Below, one piece after another: positions 34,263-46,000 of a DNA stretch of 64,000 nucleotides. The DNA is from Macrostomum lignano. Taxonomy: Eukaryota. The notes below the pieces were generated by a model that worked only from the letters and a program-made list of their open reading frames with translations, was not told where the DNA came from and did not search any database. Made by a program: the position numbers and the translations under genes. Within the stretch, counting starts at the first letter, position 1. Each line of letters opens with the position of its first letter. The stretch covers positions 1-64,000 of the forward strand of contig NIVC01000004.1 of NCBI GenBank assembly GCA_002269645.1. The letters are read 5' to 3'.

Positions 34263-34910
34263 TGTGCGCCAACAACAACTTCACCTCCGCTCTCTTCACG
34301 TGTTCTACGAGTACTTTATAAATTACTTTTTGCCACCCTAATCAATTTAAACTTTCCTCATCATGTTTTTCCGACTAAAGTATTATTGTTCTGTAAGAGG
34401 TTAAGAATAAAAAAGTTCTACGTCGCCCCAGTGCTAAGTGGAAAAGGGACCTAGTCAGATCAGTCAGCTTGTGTCAGCTAGTCAGATGATTTTGTGCTTA
34501 AAACTTTTCTGATAACGAATCTTTTAGCCGTACATGTGAATCTGGAATTGAGAGTTTTTTCTGTCTATCAGGCTTCCTACTTCTCATGCTTTTTGCCCCA
34601 ACTCTGCCGTCTAGTCAATGAAGCACATTACTGCTCCTGCCTTATTTATTGTGAATCATAATAAATAGCTAATGCAACTATGCAAGGGACAAGTGTACTT
34701 CGATTCCGCCATATTAATGCAGCTTCAAGCTACAAATGTTTGTCTCTGAGTGATGCCTTCTCCATGTTTTAATGGATGAAACTAGTTAAAAAACCTCTGG
34801 GAATGAAATAATGAGAACTTATATTCGGCTTTAAAATGAAACAGATATCAGAGATCGAATTCGGTTGCAGCAAACAGAAGTGAAGCAAACTATAGGAGGC
34901 TTTCCTGGCT

Positions 34911-35191
34911 GGCAGGTGACATTGGGAGGGATAATTATGTGTGGATTCAGCTGTGTACAATTCAACTCTATGGCCAGGCCGCTGCAGAGCCGGTTGGGTG
35001 CGGGCAGGTGACATTGGGAGGGATAATTATCTGTGGATTCAGCTGTGTACAATTCAACTCTATGGCCAGGCCGCTGCAGAGCCAGTTGGGTGCGGGCAGG
35101 TGACATTGGGAGGGATAATTATCTGTGGATTCAGCTGTGTACAATTCAACTCTATGGCCAGGCCGCTGCAGAGCCAGTTGGGTGCGGGCAG
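34911..35191. repeat. 92-bp tandem repeat x3
   Basis: Units start at 34911, 35003 and 35095 (GGCAGGTGACATTGGGAGG...). Confidence 0.93.
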
Positions 35192-36501
35192 CCGTCAATG
35201 AACGCAGAGTTAAAAGGATGCTGAGCGCGGATGTTTGGCCGCCCATCTGAATGCTACACGCGTGCATAAATAATACAGCTAGCTCTGCACTCAATGCATT
35301 CCCATCATGGCGCGCTAGTTCTTGCCTGAGTGCCCCCAGCTTGCTGAATTATTCATGAGGAACGCGCGCCCTCCCTCCTGATGGATCCTCTTCTCTGAGC
35401 GCACTAGCGCGGGCTTGACAGGCCCGCTTAGAGTTGCATCGCTTTTTGTTCTGTTTCTTTTTTGCCCACAGCGGAAACGGCTGTGTTTGCTGGATGTCTT
35501 TGAAAGAGAATTAGGGAGAAACGTATAATGCAAAGAGATGGATTTGTGAGAGCTGGCCCTGCGGCAGTTCTTGCACTTCAACAGGCCGTTAGAGTAATCA
35601 CGAGACAAGTCACTTAGCGAGGCTCTGGTCCTGCACAGATGCCACCCACGCCTAAGCGGCACCTCGTGGCGTGATTTTGAATTCGTGTACGACTAAGGCA
35701 AAGCTTTGGATTTTGGGTTTGCGAGCGGATAGGCCGGGACAGTCCTTGATTCTCAAACTCAAAATGCATTTTAGCCTGCAGTGTCAGTGCACACAGCCTT
35801 TCCATGCGGTATGCAGCTGTTCCAATCTCCACCGAGCTCCAGGAATGCTGTTTGTACTGTGCAATAGTTGCGCGGATATTTAATAATATTGGCTCAGTTG
35901 CTCAACTAGACAATGTGGCAGTTAATTCAGTGCTTGGCAGAAGTGCACTTGGCCTAAGCTATTATATGCTTTAACAATATGCCTTAGTAGATTGACTGAA
36001 GGCGCACAGCAGATCAGTTCTGCTCCCGAATCGAGACGGATTAAACGCGGAGGCGCTCTCTAGCATGGGCTCTTTAATAAAGAAATTATTGCAGTTCAAC
36101 TGTGCTAAAATAGAATGCGGCGCACTCCTCTTGCCAAGTTCCAGTGGCTCTCCTTGCTGAGCTTTTTGCTTTCCAAGGCAGCCGGATCAATACAGCAGGA
36201 GCTGCAGTAGGGGGGGGGGGGCTGCCCAAGCACCGGCGAAACTCGAGCGGAATTTCTTCCCACCTCATTTTTTTTGCTTAGAAACCGGATCGAGCTTGTT
36301 TTTTGCCCAGTGCGAATTTTCCCAGCCCTGCGGATCCCAGCCAATCAGCGGGCGGGTCCCCGTCTCCTGGCAGTCCCGCAATAGGAAACGGGATATTCAT
36401 AACTGGCACTAAAAGTTCCCATCCGCTCCGCTGCCACAAACTGGCCTGCAGAGCGGACTCGACCCACAGGTGAGTCTGGGGCTTGGCAACCGCTTCTGGT
36501 G

Positions 36502-36701
36502 TGTACTTTTAAGAGAGTTCTAGTCACAGTTAGTGTTGATTAAGCTGCATGCAGCACTCTAGGGCCATTCTTGATTGCGGACACTTCATTTCGTAGAAAA
36601 ATGTACTTTTAAGAGAGTTCTAGTCACGGTTAGTGTTGATTAAGCTGCATGCAGCACTCTAGGGCCATTCTTGATTGCGGACACTTCATTACGTAGAAAA
36701 A
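36502..36701. repeat. 100-bp tandem duplication
   Basis: TGTACTTTTAAGAGAGTTCTAG... at 36502 and 36602, near identical. Confidence 0.93.
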
Positions 36702-37210
36702 TATGAAAGGCTGCCGATTTCCGAAATCAGCGAGACATAGTGACTGGCCAATTTAGATTGTTAGTCCTGAACTTGTGCAAGAAAAAAGTCTTGAATTCTG
36801 CTCAAGATCGTTGCAGCCTGCGGATGCCTTGTACAGTCGTGCAGTCCTGACCGGACTGGGCATTTCTGCCATCTCAGTTTTCCTCCCTATGCGGCTCAGA
36901 GCATCAATTAGTTTTATGAATTTCGGCGAGTCCGTTTCTGACTTCCAGTTGGTGGGGGGCTGTTGGTAATTGGAAAATCGATCGGCTGTCCCGCCTGCTC
37001 AGCTCCCTGCTGGCGCTGGGGTGACCCAGCAGCCCTCGTGTCTCTCCCAGCTTGTTGGGACTTTACTGACTGGCTGGCAGACACTGGCTTCTGTCTCACC
37101 CAACTCAGTTGGATGGATGATGCGACTTCGCTCTGTTTTCAAAGGCCGTTTGTTAACGCAATCGCTTGGCTTCCATCCACACCCACCCAGATTATCCTTG
37201 CTGCAGTCCA

Positions 37211-37413
37211 GACCGATTCTCTATCTGAATCAGTTCAGCTCAGAGTGCTCATAACTGACCGATTCTCTATCTGAATCAGTTCAGCTCAGAGTGCTCATAA
37301 CTGACCGATTCTCTATCTGAATCAGTTCAGCTCAGAGTGCTCATAACTGACTGATTCTCTATCTGAATCAGTTCAGCTCAGAGTGCTCATAACTGACCGA
37401 TTCTCTATCTGAA
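37211..37413. repeat. 46-bp tandem repeat, about 4.4 units, upstream of the calmodulin-like gene
   Basis: Unit GACCGATTCTCTATCTGAATCAGTTCAGCTCAGAGTGCTCATAACT. Confidence 0.93.
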
Positions 37414-37577
37414 CCGCTGGCCCTAGCACGCATGCACACGGGGGCATCGAACCCAGGTTTCTCTGGCGCCAGATCCGGAAGCGTTTCCGCTGAGCTGATT
37501 TGCCCCTTCCATTTGAACCGATTGCAGCAGCGAACTCGGAGTCAACCGGAATCTATTGCTTCCACTAAACTGTTGCC

Positions 37578-38904
37578 ATGGACACGAAGGGTGAATCGCA
37601 GGGTGGCGGGGCGGCCCGCTCCGATGACAGCCGCACGCCGGTCCGGCTGAACTCGGTGGCCCGGGAGGCGATCACCAGCCAGCTGACCGATGAGCAGATC
37701 GCCGAGTTCAAGGAGGCCTTCGGCCTCTTCGATCGGGACGGCAGCGGCTCCATCACCATCCGAGAGCTCGAGTCCATCATGCGGTCGCTGGGGCAGAATC
37801 CCTCCGAGCGGGAGCTCAAGGTTGGTCCGAAAAAAAGACGGTGATGTACAGCAGCTGAGAAATGGGAGGGATAGAGATGTACAGCAGCTGGGAAATGGGA
37901 GGGATGGAGATGCATGGCAGCTGGGAAATGGGAGGGATGAAGATGTACAGCAGCTGGGAAATGGGAAATGGGAGGGATGGAGATGGACGGCAGCTGGGAA
38001 ATGGGGGGGTGGAGATGCACGGCAGCTGGGAAATGGGAGGGATGGAGATGCACAGCAGCTGGGAAATGGGAGGGATAGAGATGTACAGCAGCTAAAAATG
38101 GGAGCGTTGAAGATGTGCAGCAGCCGGGGAGATGACAGTTGTCATAGAAGAATAGAGCAGCAAACATTTACAGCTTCAATGCAACAACTCAGATTAGACA
38201 CTGAGGGGTGAGGCTGAGCTATCAAGTGAAAACTCAAGAAACAAAAATCTGGAAATTCTAGAAGCATTCCAAGCCGATCCCAAAAGGCGCCCAGCAGGGT
38301 GCATGGGGCGCCAATTTGGATGTAAAAAGGACGGTCATTCGAGTGTCAGGGCGGTAATTTGAGTGCCAGGGCGCCAATTTGAGTGCCAGGGCGCCAACTC
38401 GAGTGTCAGGGCGCCAATTCGAGTGTCAGGGTGCCAATTCGAGTGCCAGGGCGCCAATTTGAGTGCCAGGGCGCCAATTTGAGTGCTAGGGCGCCAATTT
38501 GAGTGCTATGGCGCCAATTAGTGTCAGGGTACTGATTTGAGTGCTAAGGGAGAGTTCTCATACGGAGATCAAGCGCAACTCCCGTTGAATCACAGGACAT
38601 GGTGGAGGGCGTCGACATCGACGGCAACGGAGAGATCGACTTCCCCGAGTTCATGGCGATGATGGCGGAGAAAATCCAGGACACGAACTCCGAGCAGGAG
38701 ATCATAGCCGCCTTCCAGACATTCGACAGGGACTCGAACAGCTATCTTAGCCGTGAGGAGCTGCAGGACGTGCTCACCCGCTTCGGTGACAACAGCATGT
38801 CGGAGGCAGACGTTCGCGAGATGATCGCCGCCGCTGACAAGAATGGCGACGGCAAAATCCAGTACGAGGAGTTCGCGCACTTCATCGCCTCCGTTATTCG
38901 ATGA
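37578..38904 (+). CDS. Calmodulin-like protein, 183 aa, 4 EF-hands with an N-terminal extension
   Basis: Exons 37578-37820 and 38596-38904 (phase 0). [51 protein letters not shown] (loop Gly replaced by Ser), [13 protein letters not shown]. Too diverged to be canonical CaM. Confidence 0.95.
37843..38130. repeat. 33-bp minisatellite in the calmodulin-like intron
   Basis: Unit GATGTACAGCAGCTGGGAAATGGGAGGGATGGA and variants. Confidence 0.9.
38339..38530. repeat. 20-bp minisatellite in the calmodulin-like intron
   Basis: Unit GAGTGCCAGGGCGCCAATTT and variants. Confidence 0.9.
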
Positions 38905-41900
38905 AAACAGCAAAGGCAACATTTTTGAGAAGTTGAGAATGAAACCAAAAAGCCCGCCGTTTTAATAAACTCTCTCTCTCGAAAAATAAATTTCCAAATA
39001 TTTTGACTCGTAAAATTGCAGTTTCTGGGTTTTGGGTCCGTCAGTCATTGTCTAATTGTCTAGACTCTGTATATTAAACTTCTTGTCAGGGCTTATCCAC
39101 AGAAGAAGAAACAAACACGGGCTGTAAATCCCAGGACGGTGTTCAAATAGATAGTCTTTACTTATCGCGTTTCCTATCACTTACTGCCGCGCACCTCTGC
39201 TTTTATCTTGTGTTATTCAATCACCAAATGCTATTTTCAAAAATTTAGCGTACATATTCGCGTTTTTTTCAAGTATTGTGTATCGGCAGTATGTTATTTT
39301 AGTGGGTACGATTAACATATATTCTTTAATTGCACTAGAGTTGTTTAATTTTGTAGTCTAACTATGCTGGGATCATATATGTTTCTAACAGGTACATTTA
39401 ACAAGCAGGACAGGATGTGTGTGTTAATTTATAGCAGTAAAATATTATGATAATTGTTGTATGTTTGTTGGCAAAAATACAAGAGTACGTGGCATTATAA
39501 GCATTATAAGGATTCTTCCGCACAAATAAAACGTGTCCATTTGCTTTTCCATTTTCCAATGAACAGAAAAGGTCGTTGAACGTTAGGTTTATTTGCTATA
39601 GTCGTTCTACATGACAAAGCCAAAGTTTTACACAGTCTTTTGTCGTCTTTCATTAATCGGATTTTCTAACGAGAAATTTTTGTTTTTCTTATGTTTCCTC
39701 AGGAGAAAGTTGATCATGAGTTTATAAAATATAATGATGTATATATTAATCGAGAAAAATAATACAAACTAGGAATGAAAGATTATCGGACCAGTTCTTT
39801 ATTATCGACCGACTTGATTTTCGATTTCAAAATAGTGGTATTTTGGGTTATCAAAGATGACAACGAATTAACAAATATATTTGCACTAAAATTTTTGATA
39901 GCATCAAAATGATAGAAGTAGCGAGACAAAGCACTGAGCTTGTACTCTGATACCCCTAACTTCCAGAGCATAGAGATTATTGAAAATTCTGTGAAAAGTT
40001 CCTGACTGCTTTCTTAGAAAGCTGATAATTTATTTAAATCGCTTGAGTCAAAGGGTGGAGGTCTACGGAGTCCTGACTCTCTATCTCTATGCAGGAATTA
40101 GTACGAATTTCTAACTTATTGTATTGAGAAACTTTTTCTTAGCTTATCTCAAGTTATCTGTTTCTGTTATTTTTGATAAATAAAAATTAATGTGTTACTC
40201 TGACTGATGCAAAGTGTAGCGATGTATGTAGCCCGTGGCCCGTTATTTTTATATTCATTTTGGTCAAATAAAGTCTCATTTAGTTAGTTCTGCAGAAATT
40301 TCCTATTTTATAAATCATTTTCTATTTAAACAGATTAAAAAACTCTAGAATTCAAAGAGTCCTATTAAGAAAAGAACTAAAACTTAATGTGTCTATGTGT
40401 CTCTGTCTATATACAAATTTGTCCCTATTCCAATCCAATGGTATGGATATTATTGCAAACAGTGTCCCATAGTTTAGAACAAACTAACTATATTTAATTT
40501 AACTTTTCTTTGTATGAATGAGTATTCGTATTCTTTATTTTTGTCCTAATGCTAGTTTTTTTAAATTGAGTTATTATATTTATAAGGAATTTTATATGTG
40601 GCAAGGGTAAACATATTGTCTGTATTTTTGAGACTATAGTCAAAGCTCAAAGTCTAATTTCTAAAAGGATTATATTAACTATCTCATTTTCAATTTCATG
40701 CCATTCAAACACTTAGAATCAGTAGTTATAAAAAGTATTAGATTAAGGCAGTTGTTATTTGCCTAGTGACTAGATAAATAGTGATGTAATTATTTGTTTA
40801 GTTACTAGATAAAGAGCCATGTTGCACTATTCATCTAGTTAATACTAGGCCTAGACAAAAAAGCTTTTTGTGATTTGTCTAGTTAAACTGATAATACAAG
40901 TTAATTTTCATATATATATTATAGTGAATATTTCTGGACTTTAAAGATGTCTTACTCAAATATTGATTATTATGTTGTCATATTTCTAGTATATATCTTA
41001 CACTTATATCTTACCACATATATTAGTTTTTCACTGAAAATTTTTGGCAAGAGAATTTTTAATTAATCAAGTGTAGGCCTAATTGTGTACATATTTGCTT
41101 TGCTTATACTAGTATAATAGAAAATTAATCAGGATTTGAGAAAAGATCCTAAAAATCTAGAATATACATGACTTAACAAATAGACACTTTTGTTAGTAAT
41201 AGAAACAAATTTTAGTAACTTGTGTTATTTTTTTAGTACTAGAAAAATAACAATATAGCTTTTTGTCCCCTATCCAGAAGAATAACTATAAGTAGCTATT
41301 TGTCTGGTTGCCAAACAAAAAAAACTGCCTTGGATTAATATTAATATCTATAATGGGTTTTTTTTAAGGTTGGAAATCCAGTTGCCAGCTGGCCCTTGGG
41401 GCTCAAAATCTGATTGCCAATGGCTATTCTTGGTTGCCCATTGGCAACTAGCAAAATTCTTGTGGATAGATATTTCCAAAGCTATGTTTAAAAGCAGAAT
41501 TTTTTTCTTTTAACTCTACGATTGTTATCTATGCTAGAAAAAAATAAACTAACCATTGCATCATATTGATTAAGATTCATTATTATTATATTTACAAAAT
41601 CATTTTTTTTTAAATTAGCAATTGGCATGGAAATTGAAGTTGCCAGATTGACCTCTGACTAATGCCAAAATAGCCAGTTTCCAACAAGATTTTCAAGGGG
41701 CCAAAAAACCCTATATGGCTCAAAACCTACTATCTATGTATTTACTATGTTTTTCATTTGCTAATTTAATGTGTAGCAAACAAATTCTTTTTAATTGAAT
41801 ATGAATTTGGCTTATCTTGCCAAAGACCTCTTTTTAGATAATATAAATATACTATATTATAAAATGAAATATTTATAGACCCTTTGTCTTTGTGTTTAAA

Positions 41901-43074
41901 TGCTAGTTTTATCTAGAATATCTTTATTATTATTTATTATATATTTATTATATACTTATAATATACTTTATTATGTTATAAGTATGATCTATCTTTATTA
42001 ATAATAAAAATAACTTCTTTTTAGGCCTACTTTTAAACATTATATTTTAATTTTGTTTTTATTTGTATATATCAATATTCATTTAAAGTTTATTAATGTC
42101 TAGTTTTTGTTTTATCAGCATCTATAATTTTAAAATTAAACTTTGAAATTTAGATTATGCTTAATGCTAAAAAATTGTATATTATTTACTACTTGTTATT
42201 TTTTATTTTTTAGTTAAAATATGGATCAAACTATATATAAGTCTATTAAATGCCATTTTCATTTTTTAATTTTTAAAGTGTTACCTAAAAAAATTGTATA
42301 TGCTTATATATTATTCTAGGTTACCTTTTTAATATTATTTTCTTTTGTTTATATGCAAGTTAGGTTTTTATATTATATGTTTTAGCTTTAAATATAAGAT
42401 AAGATCGATCCTTATTTTTGTATCATTAATACTTACATTTTTAATAGAAGTACAAGTTTTTTTGAAACTTATCTTGTAGATATTATTATAAGTATGAAGC
42501 ATCTGTTATTCTAAAAGTAAAATGCAAATGAGAAACCAAGAAATTTGTTTGATAAAGATGGATAGCAAATGTAAATAATGTTGAATATAGTATTATTTTT
42601 ATTTCTTTGTTTTATTTCATTTCCTCAAAATACTAGTTTATGACTTATATGAACATTTTAGCCTCTTAAAAAAACTTCTATCATATAGGTTAAAAGCTAG
42701 TTAGTCAAGAAAGTATTTTCTTTTGGAATGAATCCCTATTTGTTGATTTTTATGCTTGGGCTAATGTTTATAAACTAAGTCAAGAAATTTTAAAACTCTA
42801 ATTAAAAAAAATCCTTTCAAAAGAAATAGTCCAGCTTTTTAAACAAACTTCTAAAGAAGTATAGCTCTCATAGTTTTGATTTATCCTTTCATTATTATTT
42901 GAGTAATAGTCCTTCTGTTATTTTTATATAGAATTTATATATGGTCGATTTGTTTGTATCCATTCAATATTTTTGTATTTGGACATGATATATCTAAGAT
43001 TTCCCCTCTTCACTAGTTTGCTTTTCCCATTTGGAACAATTGCAGCTCTCCCAGTATTACCCAGTGCAGCAACC

Positions 43075-46000
43075 ATGGGAAAGCCTGTGAGTTTTTATTT
43101 GGATTGAATATTTTGTTTCATCAAAGAAGCTATTTTTGAATAGGTTTGTTTATTACAAGCGTATAAACTTTTGAAATTGTCTTCAACCATGTACAGATCA
43201 ATGTCAAAGTCACTACTATGGATGCTGAGTTGGAGTTCTCCATTCAGTCCAACACTTCTGGCAAGCAGTTGTTTGATCAGGTAAGCCGGCTTCAGTATAA
43301 ACAGTTTAACTGTCAGTTGTGGGAAAAACTTTGCACTGTGTTCAAATGAAAAGTTCTGTCAACATCCAGACCAAAATTTAGAATAAATGTACATCTTCTG
43401 TGCTCAACCAGGTCGTGAAGACTATCGGCCTCAGAGAGATCTGGTACTTCGGCCTGAGGTACATCGACTCCAAAGGCTTTCCCACCTGGCTGAAACTCAA
43501 CAAGAAGGTCATGCAGCAGGACCTGCCCAAGGAGGCTCAGATGGTGTTCGAGTTTCGCGTCAAGTTTTATCCAGAGGACGCCTGCGAAGAACTGATCCAG
43601 GATGTCACCCAGCGCATGTTCTATCTGCAGGTCAAGGAGGCCATCCTTAATGGCGACGTCTTCTGCCCGCCTGAGACTGCCGTGCTGCTCGCCAGCACCG
43701 CCTGCCAGGTAAGTCTGGGGTAACTTGGAGTAGAGTGGGTACATCTGGGGTAGAGTGGGGGCCATCTTGGAGTAGATTTATTGGCATCGTGGAGTAGAGT
43801 AGGTACATCTTGGAGTAGAGTAGCGAGTGGGTACATCTGGGGTAGAGTGGGGGCTATCTTGGAGTAGATTTATTGGCATCGTGGAGTAGAGTAGGTACAT
43901 CTTGGAGTAGAGTGGGTACATCTGGGGTAGAGTGGGGGCCATCTGGGAGTAGATTTATTGACATCGTGGAGTAGAGTAGGTACATCTTGGAGTAGAGTGG
44001 GTACATCTGGGGTAGAGTGGGGGCCATCTTGGAGTAGATTTATTGGCATCGTGGAGTAGAGTAGGTACATCTTGGAGTAGAGTGGGTACATCTTGGAGTA
44101 GAGTGGGTACATCTTGGAATAGAGTGGGGTACATCGTGGAGTAGAGTAGGTACATCTTGGAATAGAGTGGGGTACATCGTGGAGTAGAGTAGGTACATCT
44201 TGGAGTAGAGTGGGTACATTTGGGGTAGAGTGGGGGCCATCTTGGAGTAGATTTATTGGCATCGTGGAGTAGAGTAGGTACATCTTGGAGTAGAGTGGGT
44301 ACATCTTGGAGTAGAGTGGGTACATCTTGGAGTAGAGTGGGTACATCTTGGAATAGAGTGGGGTACATCGTGGAGTAGAGTAGGTACATCTTGGAATAGA
44401 GTGGGGTACATCTTGGAGTAGAGTGGGTACATCTTGAAATAGTGGGGTACGTCTTGGAGTAGAGTGGGCGCCATCTTGGAGTAAAGTAGGGGCCATCTTG
44501 GAGTAGAGTGGGTACATCTTGGAGTAGAGTGGGAGCCATCTTGGAGTAGAGTGGGGACCATCTTGGAGTAGAGTGGGGGCCATCTTGGAGTAAAGTAGGG
44601 GCCATCTTGGAGTAGAGTGGGGGCCATCTTGGAGTAAAGTAGAGGCCATCTTGGAGTAGAGTCGGGGCCATCTTGGAGTAAAGTAGGGACCATCTTGGAG
44701 TAGAGTGGGTACATCTTGGAGTAGAGTGGGTATATCTTGGAATAGAGTGGGGTACATCATGGAGTAGAGTGGGTACATCTTGGAGTAGAGTGGGGGCCAT
44801 CTTGGAGTAGAGTGGGTACATCTTGAAATAGTGGGGTACGTCTTGGAGTAGAGTGGGCGCCATCTTGGAGTAAAGTAGGGGCCATCTTGGAGTAGAGTGG
44901 GTATATCTTGGAGTAGAGTGGGAGCCATCTTGGAGTAGAGTGGGGACCATCTTGGAGTAGAGTGGGGGCCATCTTGGAGTAAAGTAGGGGCCATCTTGGA
45001 GTAGAGTGGGGGCCATCTTGGAGTAAAGTAGAGGCCATCTTGGAGTAGAGTGGGGGCCATCTTGGAGTAAAGTAGGGACCATCTTGGAGTAGAGTGGGTA
45101 CATCGTGGAGTAGAGTGGGTACATCTTGGAGTAGAGTGGGGGCCATCTTGGAGTAGAGTGGGGGCCATCTTGGAGTAGAGTGGGGGCCATCTTGGAGTAG
45201 AGTGGGGGCCATCTTGAAGTAGAGTGGGGGCCATCTTGGAGTAAAGTAGGGGCCATCTTGGAGTAGAGTGGGGACCATCTTGGAGTAGAGTGGGGACCAT
45301 CTTGGAGTAGAGTGGGTGCATGCAGGTTCCCACTGAAAATAGGCGGTCTTCTCAACCCCCGGCCCGCTGCAGGTGAAGTTCGGAGACTACAACCCCGAGG
45401 TGCACACGGCCGGCTTCCTCAGCCGGGAGAAGACCTTCCCCATTCCCGTGCACGTGCTGGAGAAGCACAGCCTGACCAAGGGCGACTGGGAGGAGAAGAT
45501 CGTGAACTGGTACAAGGAGATGCGCGGCCGCATGAAGGAGGACGCCATGCTGGAGTACCTGAAGGTGGCGCAGGACCTGGAGATGTACGGCGTGAACTAC
45601 TTCGAGATCAAGAACAAGAAGGGCACCGACCTGTTCCTTGGCGTCGACGCTCTCGGGCTGAACATCTACGCCAAGGACGACAAGCTGACGCCCAAGATTG
45701 GCTTCCCCTGGTCGGAGATCCGCAACATCTCCTTCAACGACAAGAAGTTCGTCATCAAGCCCAACGACAGGAGAGCGCCGGTAAGTTGCAATGGCAAAGT
45801 AGCTGAAAGTTTGAGACAGGTGGGGTAGCTGAGGAGTTGGTAGTTAGGGATGGGGTAGCTGAGGAGTTGGTATTGGTAGCTAGATGTGGGTTAGCTGAGG
45901 AGTTGGTAGTTAGGGATGGGGTAGCTGAGGAGTTGGTAGTTAGGGATGGGGTAGCTGAGGAGTTGGTAGTTAGGGATGGGGTAGCTGAGGAGTTGGTAGT

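Noticed and set aside
35300-37200. Cys-rich and other short ORFs
   Set aside because: No consistent zinc-finger spacing or exon structure, and interrupted by tandem duplications.
43870-45355. 487-aa and 466-aa minus-strand ORFs
   Set aside because: They lie wholly within the ERM intron 3 minisatellite; the peptide periodicity equals the repeat period.
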